A stretch of DNA of 64,000 nt, from positions 10,912,001 to 10,976,000 of the forward strand of contig OZ024750.1 of assembly GCA_964016885.1 (NCBI GenBank). Direction: 5' to 3'. Shown here one piece after another: positions 28,540-43,314 of the stretch. Each line of letters opens with the position of its first letter. Position 1 is the stretch's first letter. Source of the stretch: Eledone cirrhosa. Its lineage: Eukaryota. Made by a program: the position numbers and the translations under genes. The notes beneath the pieces are model-generated. The model saw only the letters and a list, made by a program, of their open reading frames with translations, was not told the origin of the DNA and ran no database searches.

Positions 28540-29130
28540 GTTTGTATGTGTTTATGTATGTGAGCATATATGTATTTATGTATGTATGTGTGTGTGTGTG
28601 TGTATGTGAGCGTGCATGTATGTATGTATATGTATGTGTGTGTGTGTGTGTGAGCGTGTATGTATATGTATGCATGCATGTATATGTATTTATGTATGTT
28701 TGTATATGTATGTATGTTTGTATATGTATGTATGTATATGTGTATATATAAGTGTGAGCGTGTATGTATGTGTGTGCATGTATGCATGTACATGTATTTA
28801 TGTATGTTTGTATATGAATGTATATGAACGTATATGTATGTATGTATGTGTAAACGTGTATGTGTGTGTATGTATGCATGTATATGTATTTATGTATGTT
28901 TGTATATGTATGTACGTATGTATGCATGTATATGTATTTATGTATGTTTGTATATGTATGTATGCATGTATATGTATTTATGTATGTTTGTATATGTATG
29001 CGTGTATATGTATTTATGTATGCATGTATATGTATTTATGTAAGTTTGTATATGTATGTATATTTGTATGTATGTATATATGTATGTATGTATGTATGTA
29101 TGAATATATGTATGCATGCACGCATGCGTA
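28540..29130. repeat. (TATG)/(TG) compound satellite
   Basis: Directly visible. Confidence 0.9.
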
Positions 29131-29219
29131 TATCTATAAGAATCTGAAGCTTCTCGAATGGTAACTATGGATTTCCCATTGCCGAACGACCTCGCCTTCT
29201 CACTCTCTTTTCAATCCCC

Positions 29220-29319
<100 letters not shown>

Positions 29320-29826
29320 TTCTCTCTCTCTCTCTCTCTAAATACCCCAGTATTAAAATATATATATATATTGAGACATTAACGGATTGACCATTCAATA
29401 CTGGGTTTGAATGTACAATGTGGGAACTTATTGTCAAAGTATAAAATTGGCAGTGACTTCGAAGCGAATCACAAGGTATAGTATGGTAGGTTATGATTCT
29501 GTAACTCCTGATGCAGTCGTAGGTACGCCGTATTGACATGCAGAGTTTCTTGCGCTTTTTAAAGCCTGGCGGATACCATCTCTTTCCAGGCCTGACTAAA
29601 GCAGATTTCTTCCAGAGAAGGATAGAGAGTGAGAAAGAGATGTAGAGGAAGTATCGACCCCAAACTTCTTCTAATCAAAGAATACACTCGCTAAACACCC
29701 ACCATTCTTAACCAAGAAAAGAACTCATCTGTTCTGTAAATTTTCTTCTTTTTCTTCCTTCTATCAATGGCCTTTTCTAATTCTTCCGATAACACACTGA
29801 TTCTCAAACACATGATTATCTCGCCT

Positions 29827-29910
<84 letters not shown>

Positions 29911-29988
29911 AATTAGAGAGAGAAAGAGAAAAAGAGAGTTGTGTGGGAGATGGTGTGATGGACATAATTGTGTACAAAAACATAAGTG

Positions 29989-29989
<1 letters not shown>

Positions 29990-30030
<41 letters not shown>

Positions 30031-30390
30031 TATATATATACATATATATATACATACATATATATACATATATATATATACATATATATATATACATATA
30101 TATATATATACATATATATATATACATATATATACATATATATATACATATATATATACATAGTTCACCATACCGAGTGTTATACTATTATATATATATA
30201 TATATATATATAATAGTATAACACTCGGTATGGTGAACTATGTATATATATATGTATATATATATGTATATATATGTATATATATTTGTATATATATCTG
30301 TATATATGTATGTATGTATATATGTATGTATATGTATATTTATATGTGTATATATATGTATGTATATATACATGTATGTATATATATATG

Positions 30391-30422
<32 letters not shown>

Positions 30423-30431
30423 TATATGCAT

Positions 30432-30505
<74 letters not shown>
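29990..30505. repeat. Large imperfect palindrome of TA/TACA satellite centred on a unique inverted repeat (30161-30241)
   Basis: tagttcaccataccgagtgttatacta-(TA)n-tagtataacactcggtatggtgaacta; left flank TACA-type, right flank TGTA-type. Confidence 0.85.
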
Positions 30506-30509
<4 letters not shown>

Positions 30510-30515
30510 TGTGTC

Positions 30516-30584
30516 GTCAAGTATGAAATTTGTAGACATTTGTTTTCTTTCTACAAATCTCTACAACTTCCATACTTGACGGCT

Positions 30585-30635
<51 letters not shown>

Positions 30636-30710
30636 TAGATATAGATATTGAGCCGTCAAGTATGGAAGTTGTAGAGATTTGTAGAAAGAAAAGAAATTTC
30701 TACAAATTTC

Positions 30711-30714
<4 letters not shown>
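30516..30714. repeat. Inverted repeat around a (TA)n spacer
   Basis: tatgaaatttgtaga...catacttgacggctcaata / tattgagccgtcaagtatg...tctacaaatttcata. Confidence 0.85.
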
Positions 30715-30763
<49 letters not shown>

Positions 30764-31860
30764 GTATACACTATAATATAAACACATATATATATATAAT
30801 AGAAAATGAAGTAGTTTTAAAATAACAAAGAATAGAATGCATCGTGGATTCGGGGATGTTCAAACTGTTGAAAGAAAATCAAGAATTGCGTTGCCTTTAA
30901 ATTGCTTTTCCCGTTTTTAGGCTATAATTTAGCAAAGTTTGCAATGCATATTCCACTTCCTTACTCTCTAGTGTTATGATTATGAAATTAAACATCTTGA
31001 AATATTTCGCAGGTAATTTTCAAAGAATATTCTATTTGTTATTTCTATAGTCTGTGATTGATGTTAAAAAGGTTATTGAAGACCACCAGAAATTTTTCTA
31101 CATTCACTCAAATTCTAATATTTTGCAGTTATATTAGTGGAATAAATGTTATAATGATCGCCTAAATCTACCGAAGCGCAGCAAATAAATTCGCATGCTG
31201 TGCATGTTTCAAAGCAGAAACTAAAGTATCCATTTGCTTTTATCTTCCTTTATAACCATGGGAAAATAATATAGGTTTGAATGGAATATTCTGGTACTGA
31301 GGATCATATATCTAATCAAGCAATCAAGCCTGAATTAAGATATGCAATATATTGATTAAATATATATTTTTTTTACTTGAATTATATCCACATTAATTAG
31401 TTTACGGATGCACATCTAATGTTGATATTATAGAGGAAATTGAATATCAAATGTATTCGTAGTTCATCAGATTTTAATGTTCAATATATATTGAGCAATA
31501 CGCAAAAACCTTATAATAATCAACATTATCACTGAAGCATATGTATTCACTAGGTATTAGTTGTAAATCAATTCACAGTATATATATATATGTAAAATAA
31601 ATTTAAATGTTTCCTTCCGGTTGTTTTGCTCGTAAAAGCTGTCCAGCTATCCTTTCCTGAGACATTCTAACCAGGTATCCGTAATATCAGAACAGTGAGC
31701 TCTCCATTTTGAGAGGTAGCGGTTCTCCTAGTGACGACTATTTAATCTCTACGCTACGCACTCTATCAAGTAACGTAACTCCAGCGACCCTTCAGAGAAA
31801 CCCCATATCGTCCGCTTATAATCGCGATCGTATTCCTTCAAACACCCCGCCCACCCATAT

Positions 31861-32003
31861 GAAACACAAATCTAAATTTTGAAGACCAACACAATGCGTA
31901 TGGAGAATGTTAAATTTGCTAAGGTAAGATTCTTTTATTATCTTGGCAATTTAACATTCTTCAAGCGCATTGTCTTGGTCTTCAAAATTTTAATTTGTGT
32001 TTC
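31861..32003. repeat. Imperfect inverted repeat (about 65-bp arms)
   Basis: gaaacacaaat...gaagacca...gaatgttaaatt / aatttaacattc...tggtcttcaaaattt...atttgtgtttc. Confidence 0.8.
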
Positions 32004-32027
32004 CTATTAAACAATGCTTCAAGGAAG

Positions 32028-32325
32028 CTACAAAACTCTGTTATATATAAAATACGTAGTTAAGAAAGCCACAACAATGCAGAGGGAAATCTCGAGGTAG
32101 GAAGTGAAAGATAGATAGGAAAAACAGGTGAAAGTGAAAATTGAGAGAGACAAAGATGAAAACAAAACAAAGGTAGAAGGGTTACCGTAGTAGAGATTTA
32201 ATCCCAATATTTCGGGCTCACGCCCATCAACGGGGGAAAGTTCCAAAAGGGGGGGGGGGGGGGAACAGGCCAAGCGGAGAAAGTTGTGATGTCGTTAAGA
32301 CAGGAATGCCGTTAACACCCTCTGT
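32028..32325 (-). mobile_element. Dispersed repeat family D with degenerate hammerhead-like motif
   Basis: Reverse-complement homolog of 59923-60215; abuts (TA)n. Confidence 0.65.
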
Positions 32326-33447
32326 TATATATATATATAAGTGGTAACACAACAGTTAGTTCAGCATGGTGAACTAACTGTTGTGTTACCACTTCTACCT
32401 AAGTCGTCCCGTGGACTGAGTGCTCTACCACTACGGATATTACCATCCAGTGTTCTCTCTCTCACTCTCCCTCTCTCATATATATATATATATATTTCTC
32501 TGTCAGAAATTAGGGACTCTAGAACTTTATAAATGAACGCTTCTGTCAACGACACAGTTTTGATTTTCCTGTAATTATTGTTTACCCCTCTAGGAGTTAT
32601 AAGATTAGAATACTTTCTACACCACAAACAAAACCATCGTAAATCCTCTTATCACAAACATGATTACTATTGATTTATCATAAACTGCAATGGAGTAAAA
32701 TTAGTTTCGTAACATTTCCAACAGATTTAAATTTCCAACTAGCGGCAATTAAGTACAACATTCTAAAGACCCAATCCAGTTTAACAATCTAGTATAGAAG
32801 GTTACGAGGACTACAAGAAAAACAGTTGCAATTGAAACACATCAAATACAGAATATCTTCTAGAATTAGCAACAAAATCTTTCTAACACAACACCATACT
32901 ATTTTAAAACCAATAATACATTTGGTAATGCATCTAGTTGAACTATGAGTGAAGAAAAGACGAGATGTTCATAGCTGGAGTACCATTGATTATATGTATG
33001 CTCTATGTCAATACTATGTACATTTAAATGAAATCTACACATAATCGGTTGCCTCGGTTCACTATTGGGTTTGAATATTAGAAATATGAAAAACAAAATA
33101 ATGAACAAATTAATCACAATTCTGCATCAGAAACCAGCCACAAAAGATCTGTTCAGGCTTAATAAAATAACTAAATTGGCGTTTCAATATTAACCAATGT
33201 GAAACGTTGAAAATTATTTGCTCATTAATAGGGAAAATATTATATCAGTGCATAGAATTTTTGACTCCATCTTGTAAAATGCCTAACATCCAATCCCATA
33301 AATTCCAGCTCATTAGGTAGCTATGCGGTCACTGGATAATGGGCGAGATAATGTTGCGTAATTTCTTCCATCATAGCATGTCATTTTAACTTAAAGGTAA
33401 CTACCATATTCATAAAGGCCTGTGTGTAGGTGTGTGTGTGTGCGCGC

Positions 33448-33574
<127 letters not shown>

Positions 33575-34174
33575 AAACAATGTATGAGAGCATCAGTTAG
33601 TGATTAACCTTAGCTGTGATACTGATTTTCGGTTAGCTTGAATAATTTTATCTTGTGCATGTTTGAAAGCTCTCATCGTCTGAAACAACGGAATTTCAAT
33701 CGCAGCAACAGCAACAACAGCACATAGAGTGCCCCACCACAAAACAACAACAACAAAAAAATGTATACACACTTTGATTACCTGTACATGCGATATTTAT
33801 TAGAATGCTATTGAAATGTGTATGCATTATTTTGGGACACCAGAACTAACGAAGGGTTCATTCTGCTGACATGGCTATAAAATTGAGGCTTGTTTGCATA
33901 ATTGCAAACGAATCGAATGTTATTATTAATATTCGAAAAACTCAGATTACATTTATTGTTTATATATATATATATATATATACTAATTCCAGCCGCCAGT
34001 CTGGAACTAACTTTTGAAACGGCATGAGCTCATCCATCGGGGTCCCGACTCTTTATAATATAATCATACTCTGTTGAGTAATGGTCTAACCAGTTTCAAA
34101 CTGAATCCATCCTGATACATATATATCTATAGATATGTATGTATAAAGTAAACAACAGACATCCTTCTCTACCA

Positions 34175-34277
<103 letters not shown>

Positions 34278-35446
34278 GCACTTATATATTCCATATATTA
34301 CATATACAGACATCTGCATTTACATATGTATCACATGAAAGTGAATGTCTTGTCTTCTCAGTTACATTAGTTGGTTGGTAAACGTATAGATCTTTTCGTT
34401 GTTCTTTACATTGAATGTCAGTTTTACATAATTCATTTAATTTTAGTAAATTATCTCATGGTAATAGAATATATTCAGCTCACTGTAATATTGGAATAAC
34501 GTAATTGAAACAGTTTAATCAAAATGAGAGCCAAAGAGATAGATAAGGAGAGAGATATAAAAGTTGAGGATATGAGCGAGCATAGAGAAGTAGAAATTGA
34601 ATATAGATAGTAAGATAAAGAGGCCAAACAAGAAAGACTGAAAGAGAGACAAGACGAATAAATGAGAGAAATTGAAATAAATATATATAAATAGTATCTT
34701 TTGAAGTAGCTTCTACATTTTAAACGTAACATATTGCAATAGCTATAATTTTCTCTCTAAAATTTAAATGAGTTTTAAATGTCTTAAACGCCAATATGCT
34801 TTCATGAGAGGAATGGCATAAAATATGATAATGCATTACTTTAATAAATGTCACCTGATATATAGGAGTGTGTGTGTCTGTGTATGTATATATGTGCGTG
34901 AGTATGTATGTGAGATTGAGTGTGTGGGAATGTGTGTAAGTATGTGTGTGTCTGAATGTAAGTGTGTATATCAATTTACAGAAATTCGAATTTACAGAAA
35001 TAGACGCAAACATCATGCAAGCGGAAATAAATTCATTTGAGATACAATTATATTGAAAAACATCGTCTGAGAAAAACAACTTAGTGATAAAAAACGAATA
35101 AAAAAAAGCATAATCTACAATGGAATATATTTGCATTGATGTCCTTATTTGGAAGCAATCTATAGTTTTAGTTATATTTATTTGAATTTAATCGTAGATA
35201 AAACAATAAAATAATCGAAATGAAATGAGTTGAAATTCTAAAATTTCATTGAAAACATCTCAACATCTCTGCATAAGTATATTAGTTATGTTCATGAGGT
35301 AAGATGCCAGCTAGAGGGAGAGTTAGAATGAGATAAATCTTTGAAAGTTATCCGCCAATATTTTTATAATACATTGCTTTAATGTTCCCGTTTAATGTGA
35401 AAACACATCCTTTTAGTTTTGCCTCAATCGTTTGCTGTCAATCTTT

Positions 35447-35500
<54 letters not shown>

Positions 35501-35655
35501 CAATAATAAATGTGTAGACTAAAATCCGAAGAGGGCTCGATAAGGATTATATATATTTATAAAAAAAACCCGTAGAGCAAATATTTATTAGTCTTATATA
35601 TTTATATAATCATCATCAAGCCCTCTTTGCATTTTAGTCTTTACTTCTTCGTCTA

Positions 35656-35722
35656 CAGATTGATTTTTCAGAAGATCCAATAAAAGGGTGAAAGCAGCGA
35701 TTGTTTGCTTAAACTTTAATCC
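35656..35722 (+). ncRNA. Hammerhead-like motif, CAGAAGA variant core (family B)
   Basis: gattgattttt-CAGAAGA-stem II-GAAA-gca..tgc-TT-aaactttaatc; stem II is tccc-gttaa-gggt in the 60536 copy. Confidence 0.45.
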
Positions 35723-37074
35723 TTACTTATATATATATAAGATAAAAAGATATCGTTTAAGGTAATCCAGCTAGAGGTTATGAGTACTTTGAGGATAGTT
35801 TTAACGTTCGGCGCTGTTTGACTCAACAATAAGTTTCCTTAGTCGGGTGACCGGTTTAAGAAAGTACCTAGGCAAGCGGTTCTTGGAGTAATAATAGTAA
35901 AATAATATTATTCTTCATTCTTTTACTATATATAAATATACACACACACATATATATATATATAGTTATGTAATAAACAACATAAGACAATTATTCCATT
36001 TATTTCATGGAATAATTGTCTTATGTTGTTTATTACATAACTAAATGGCTCTGTAGCCAACAGAGCACTCTTCTTTCCTTTACCTTTCCTACGGAAACAC
36101 TTTATATATATATATATAAGTAAAATATCAGATTCAAATGAACAGGGCCCTGTTTTCTTCCAGTCAGATCTGATCTATATGTTTGAAATATTTTGAGCAT
36201 AATGCTTGAATGTCTTCACTCGACCATCATAGGTTTTTTTTTCTTCTATGGAGTTAGTCATATGTCTGAGCTGATCAATAAAGTACAAGGAATGTAAAAC
36301 ATTCCATTGATTGGATTCTACTCTATGCTTAGAAATTTGAAACGATGATAACATACGGAATTTACGTCGCGTTTATTATGGAATTAAATAAGTTTGTCCA
36401 AATTTGTTACTCAAAGACACGAAACGAAAATAGCCTTCTGTTAATTATCCAAAACACGCCAGTGATGCATTGTATTATATAACGTTAATTGACTAATGCT
36501 AGTCTATGGCTGACATTGTTTTCTCGTCTTTAATTTATTGGTATATACTATAAATAAGACATATAGAATTACTTTTTTAAAAAACTAACCTTAGTCTTAT
36601 TTTAACACAAATAATTTATTCAATATTCTTAAATCAGCCTCGTTTGTTATTCATTTATAACCATTGATATGTGTCTAGTAGTGGCTAGAGATTAATATTT
36701 ATTTCTTAGCCATTGAAGTTCAAACGGAATTCTTGATTAGATGCAGTGATACGGATAAGATGTATATCTTTATATTAATATGATGAATGTAAATTTTGTT
36801 AATACTTAATTCTTACTCTGCGTATAGCTCCTGTAATTTACTGGTCGCTATCAACCAGCTTTGATAGTAAAATGCACCATTGACATAATGATTTCACCCT
36901 TAATTCCATCGATCAAAGCCTTTAGTGAAGATAAATCGACTGCAGAAATCGACTTTTGTGATTAACATGTCTTCCATATTTGCCATCCAAAATTGCCCAT
37001 TACAGACGCCTCAGTTCAATTTATTTCATGGTTGCTCTTAATACGTATATAGACACACACAAAAACACACACAG

Positions 37075-37117
<43 letters not shown>

Positions 37118-37162
37118 TCTATATGTGAGAGAGAAAAGGAGAGAGTGTGTGTGTTTGTGCAT

Positions 37163-37199
<37 letters not shown>

Positions 37200-37202
37200 T
37201 GC

Positions 37203-37284
<82 letters not shown>

Positions 37285-37288
<4 letters not shown>

Positions 37289-37438
37289 AAAAAGAGATGA
37301 AATCGAAAATGCAACTGGAGTCTTATTTTTAAAAAAAAATAAGACTCCAGTTGCATTTTCGATTTCATCTCTTTTTCTTTATACTTTCACTCGTGTAGGA
37401 CACCTCGGTTATTTTTCATTTTGTAAAAAAAACCTCAC

Positions 37439-37446
<8 letters not shown>
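37285..37446. mobile_element. Fold-back element family E
   Basis: aaagaaaaagagatgaaatcgaaaatgcaactggagtcttattt inverted; near-identical copy at 57181-57390; (TA)n both sides. Confidence 0.7.
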
Positions 37447-37471
<25 letters not shown>

Positions 37472-38726
37472 GTGTGTGTGTGTGTGTGCGTGTTTGTGTG
37501 TGTGAAGCTACCATCATTTTAAGAGCTTCAACGCAGGTTTCTGTCTATAAAATCTAGTATAATAATTTAGACATATATAAGCTTCTGGATGGAAAAAGGA
37601 ATTGACAGCGTCACTCCTGGGACTCCAACTCACAACTGTAGTATATTGCAAAATGTAGTGGTGTTGGTTCGTGAAATTTATCCCAAATTGTGAAAGAGGA
37701 AAGTGATCTATTTTTGTTTTGAAAATAATAGAAAATATTACTGTAAACATTCGAACGTAGAGTTGGAAAAATTATAAGCAATAAAGATATATAACGATAT
37801 AAGCAATAAAAAGCATTATTTCTGCATATAGAAGCGTGTTTCTGCTTTGAACGACAGAATAGGAGATTTGGGAGCAAGGAAAGGACATAATATGCAATTA
37901 TTCCTATGTGTAATTCTCCTGACTGTTGGGAAAATAAAAGCTGAGGAGTGCGGTGAGAAATATTTAGAGCTTTTGTTTTGTCACTGTCATGACACTGTAA
38001 GGTCAAATAACTGACGACATAACAACACGTTGCCGGACACGGTATCTGTGTGTCCCTCCAAATAATAGAAGATCCCAATGACATTTGCCATTTCTGGTCA
38101 GAGCCACAGTATGGCTCTGATCAGAAATGGCCAAAAAAATAACAACAAACAAAACAAACGAAAATAGTGAAGATACATTAAAAAAGAAAACAGCAGATAC
38201 AGCATCAAAGAAATCTTCTAAATTACATGTGGCTGTGTGTGTGTGTGTGTGTGTGTGTGCTTAGGTTATTTGTTCAACTCACCGATTTGATTACTTTTCG
38301 ATGAAAAGTAATCAAATCGGTGAGTTGAACAAAAACACCTTGTGGTCATTATTCCGTTCGATTTGAAAAGAATTGCAATCTCTCGATCCTTTAAATATGC
38401 GGAAACCTATAAGCAACGAATCTTTTTTATGGATTCTGTTCTTGTGATAAAATATAAGACAGCAGTGATGAGAAAAGAACAATGGTTAATCGATTTCAAG
38501 AAGAATAGAATAGATAAAAACTGTGAGCACTGAAACGGGTGGCTACAAATATATTTAGGGACAATTTAGGCTCCGCATGCAAAGCTGAATATAATAGAAG
38601 TTCCAGGATCAAATACAATACTCACAGGAAACAAAATAATAGATTCGTATACGGTTACGAAACCTGCTAAAATAGTAAATAAATTGCTTTCAAATAACAC
38701 ACTCCAGTTTATTAAAAGGAAGAACA

Positions 38727-38812
<86 letters not shown>

Positions 38813-39123
38813 TGTTCTTCCTTTTTAATATATATATATATATATATATAAACAATGAGTTATACGGTTTGGTGATTATCATTCAACAAAGTTAATTTTA
38901 TAACAGATTTGAAGCACTCTACAGTGTTTATATGGAGTATCACCACACAACCAATATAAATACGCTATATTTCAAAAATTTTCTAGCGTCTATAATAACG
39001 GTCCTTTTCTGTTTTAATGTATCCTTGTTAACTTATATCACTTGTGATTTTGAATTTTTACCCTCACTGCCGTTAGCGAGCTTATACTATTAAGTCTATG
39101 CTAAGGTATGTCAATATCTTAAC

Positions 39124-39202
39124 ACCAAATATTATATTTTATCTGATGAAAGCACACTAAAACTTTGTGTCCTTGAAATACGTATAATAAAATAGATATG
39201 GT
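39124..39202 (+). ncRNA. Minimal type I hammerhead ribozyme (Penelope-type)
   Basis: tattttat-CTGATGA(39143-39149)-aagcaca..tgtgtcctt-GAAA(39175-39178)-tacgta-TA-ataaaata: 8-bp stem I, canonical core, palindromic stem III, predicted cleavage after 39186. Confidence 0.7.
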
Positions 39203-39292
39203 ATTATAAAGATATTTTCTATCTATTAATATTGTTAATATTAATATATATATATATAAATAGATCATTAATGGAGGATCGTAGGTCTAAAC

Positions 39293-39438
39293 CGGGCATG
39301 GGCAACCTTTTTGGAGCAGTAGACCGCATAGGTTGTGGCTTATCATATGGCGGGCCGCACTACTAAAAAATTCAAGGCAATTTTGGAATTAGGTGTGCCA
39401 TTCAGAAAGCCAAACGGCTCGCTGTTTGCCCATAACTG
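39293..39438. mobile_element. hAT (Charlie-like) MITE
   Basis: 8-bp TSD gtctaaac at 39285-39292 and 39439-39446; imperfect TIR cgggcatgggcaa / ttgcccataactg; internal gcgggccgca. Confidence 0.8.
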
Positions 39439-40099
39439 GTCTAAACAAACTAAACTGACCGCGGATAATCAGTCACTGTAATAGAAATAAACACTACTTA
39501 GTAGTATCGACGTAAGCAACAGTGAAGAAGAAAAAAAGTTTAACAATATGGCGTCCAGCAACTTACAAAACTTTCGCAGCAAAATTTCCCACAAATCACA
39601 ACCATTTTATAAAAAGAATATTCATAAAATCTGGACTGGTTATTAACGATATTACCTGCTATGTAGACGCCAGTTATGTATGCTATCTTACAAATGAAGT
39701 CCATTTTGTGATGCAGCAGTATTATCGCTGGATGGTTGTGCACACCATCCATTTAGACGATTAAATTGATTATGCCAAGCTTCTAAAATGTATGACATTG
39801 TATCAAAATTCAATATATATTATTTTGGCTGTTCTTATTGCAAGAGATTGTTATAAATGGAATCCCAACATGTGTAGATAATCTTCTAAGGAAAGTGATC
39901 TAAATTTTCATTTGACAACTAATTAACGACTTTACACGTGTTTTCTATTTTCATTGATAATTCTATATAGTTGACAAAACAAGCACCACTTATAATGTCA
40001 AACCCACTCACAAGGCACTGATTTCATTACTGCACTAGGGCTTGGTGAACACAACTACAAGGATATGGTCCGAACGTGGAAGAGCCGAACTCCCACTGT

Positions 40100-40358
40100 C
40101 ATCGCCTCCATCTCTCTCTCGCCCTCCCCATCTCTCCGTATGGTGATCAAATGGGGTCCCACGTACCGGCCTCCTCACAGCCCCGGCGGACAGAATGGAG
40201 AAGGCGTTTCCCCGGAGGATGGTAAGGGAGATGCGCTGGAAGAGCCATTCTAACTCACACCGCTCACACCTGCGGCTGGCCAGCTCAGCACCTATGGTGG
40301 TGAGTAGGGAGGTAGCCCTAGGGCCAAGGACACCGGAGGTCTCCACTGCCAAGGGCAC
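40100..40358 (-). mobile_element. CRE-clade retrotransposon 3' fragment (restriction-like endonuclease C-terminus)
   Basis: PLAVETSGVLGPRATSLLTTIGAELASRR...WLFQRISLTILRGNAFSILSAG, matching the P+AVET.G.+G...QR+S+A+.RGNA motif. Confidence 0.8.
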
Positions 40359-41990
40359 GGCCCGGTCTTAATTGGGCAGATTCTAAACATTGTGTTTCTA
40401 ATAACTGTTTAGCTTTTGTTATTTAGGTTTAGAATGTATTAATATACCCAATCTTATTGGCAATTGCTTAAAGAAATTCAGCATAATGAACGATCAAAGG
40501 TCCTTCAATAATGTTATAGACTGTAGTTAGTGGAACGTAGATATAAATAGAAAAATCAAGTATATTAGCGAAAACGTTACATTGGTAGAAACACTTTTTT
40601 TGTTACAAATGTTGTTACATAAGACTCGGCGTTGTAAGCTCAAGATATTCTAAAGTAGTGATCTTGCAGCCTTCAGTTAATCAATACACTTTTTTCGGGG
40701 TACTTATTATGTTCAGAACAATTAATTGGTATTGGAAATAACAAGTAATCTCAATATAGATGCACCAAAATTTAACTGAGCTTCTTTATAACATTCCGTC
40801 TATTTTTCGACACCAAAAGAAGGCGCCATGTTATATGCTGATGATTGTTCATTTGATGAATTTATTTTTTAGTAAAATACATATATGTATATATAGATGT
40901 CAATAACCACTTTAATGGTTATTAATATCATAATTTGTGGAATATATGGTTTGTGTCTAATAGATAGTGATATAATAGTTTCAGTCTCACTACAAATACT
41001 CCCATTATAAAAAATTGAATGTGTTTTATATAAGTTCTGATATAATTTATTTAAAAATATTAAAATCATATTGAAAGTTTGAAATGTAAATATGCAAAAA
41101 TGTAGATATTTATTCAATAAATATTTACGTTTATTTCTTTAAATGATTTTTCTAAATAATTTCTTATATATTTCACTTAGTTCCTTCCTTTTAATGTTAA
41201 GTTATAATGTTAAAGAATGTTATATATATATATATTCATGTATATATATACTCTAATAGGTTCTTTTTATAGTATGCTACTCCATAAAATTCTCTCATGA
41301 AAATATCGTATTTATTATTTTTTGAATTCATTTCCGACTAGTTTGCTCCATAATATTCTGTTAAGTCTAAATTTGAAACTTTCATAAACCTGAAACATTC
41401 ATGTAATTTTATGTTTTGCTTTCGCTTGTTGAACTATCATTGTGGTTATTTCTATAACTTAACGACCTTCCTTAAATATGTGATTTTAAAAGGATTGTGT
41501 TTTTACTTAGATGTTATTGCTTTACATTTATATTGCAGTAATTTTATTTTTCATTTAATGTATTTTCATAATTTCCGTTTCTGTGTTCGGTCTACTACTT
41601 CATTTGGTTGGTTAAATTTCTTTCATTTCAATTCTAACTTTCATCGCAATTAAATGGTCTGTTGCGTCTATCGTGTAGCTTTGATATTACATTTAGAATT
41701 TATTTATAATTTTTCATTAGGGTTTCATTATTATTGTTCATTAAATTCATTCTAGAAAAGGATAACGTAAAATCCAATATAAAATGATAGATTTAACAAC
41801 TTTATCTCAACTTTTAATATTTTTATCTTATTCTAACACGAAAAGAAGTACTACGGGTTAAAATGTTCTTTTTTTAATACAAAATACTGTGGTTTGTTAG
41901 TTATTAGTTGGTGCTGCTTGATTCGATGCGTTGTTGTTTCTTAACTGACAACATTCAGACCATTTCTGGGAGTTATGATACAGTATGCTA

Positions 41991-42211
41991 GGGCGGTCGA
42001 TTGGCAGTAGTACCGGTAGAGCGCCGGACAACATGCTTCGCGCCATAGAGTTACGCTCCTTGCGATCTGATTTTAAATCCTGCCGAGGTTAGTTTTACCT
42101 TTTATCCTTAGGGGGTCGATAAAATAAAGTACCAGTAACACACTGGGTTCGATTTAATTGACTTTCCTCTACACTAAAATTATTGGTCTTGTGCCTGAAT
42201 CAGAAAACATT
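41991..42211 (+). mobile_element. SINE, main family (diverged, long-tail)
   Basis: Family consensus. Confidence 0.8.
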
Positions 42212-43133
42212 ATAAAATATGCTAGAAGGTTTGTATCTTTCTAACTTTACTGGTAATTCACTCTAGAGATTTTCGTATTCGCCTGCCATTATTTAATTAT
42301 ATATTCTATATTTAGTTATAGCCAATATACTGGGAATCATTTGGAGTCTGTAAGCCGTTTGTGTGATACCATAAAGAAGTATATTTTCGAATAAGTAGCC
42401 AATCTAAATTACTAAGAGTTCTCAGATTTCTGTGCCATGGGTTTTCATATGATTGTTTATACAATGACATTCCTTATTGTATTTAATGTTGTATAAATAG
42501 CCTAAGAGAGGGGACAACGTAAGGCACAATATATTCCTGTAATAGCAATTCATATCCGTTACAGGAAATTACATCTTCCTTTATACGAAACATTTATTAT
42601 AATGTCATATATTGTTCTGGAACACCTTTCGCGGAATTGGCATGCAAGTTGCTTATTTAGTTAAATATATATTCATCATTACATTGTTATCACAGAAATA
42701 AGTGTGAAACACCTGCATTAAAATTCATTCTGAATTACTGAATAATTAGATTTTATGATATATCATAATTAGCTTATATGGATGTTCTGATATAATATAT
42801 GAATGTTACGTAATTTAAATAATGGTTACTGAGTTAGGCAGCAGGTCAACAATCTTGGGGACGTAGGCATCAAAATTATTTCAACAACGCCTCAATATAG
42901 CCTACAAAATAACATACTAACACACTAAACCTCCCTATATACGTGTGTATGGATCTATGCGGATCTATGTTACCAATTCACAAGTGTAAGCGTGCGTCTG
43001 ATCTTTTAGATGTTGCAGTGTTATGTTGTAAATAAGACACCAGTTCTTAAGAGGATTAATTGCTATTGAGTTAAGTTGAGTCACATTTTGCAGCCTATAG
43101 TTGACAACTTTTCTGGTAGCCCCGCATTATTGT

Positions 43134-43314
43134 TGGCAGTATCGGTAGAGGGTTGGACGCCATGCTTTGCAACAAAGAGTTACAGCCCTTTATGGTCTGA
43201 GTTCATATCCCGCCGAGGTTAACTTTGCCTTTCATCCTTACGGGGTCGATAAAATAAAGTACAAGTAATACACTGATATAATTGCTGGCCTTGTGCCAAA
43301 AATAGAAACAATTA
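43134..43314 (+). mobile_element. SINE, main family, TSD attattgttg
   Basis: Family consensus and direct repeat. Confidence 0.85.

Noticed and set aside
37611-38084. 157-aa minus-strand ORF
   Set aside because: No recognisable domain or motif and no supporting splice structure
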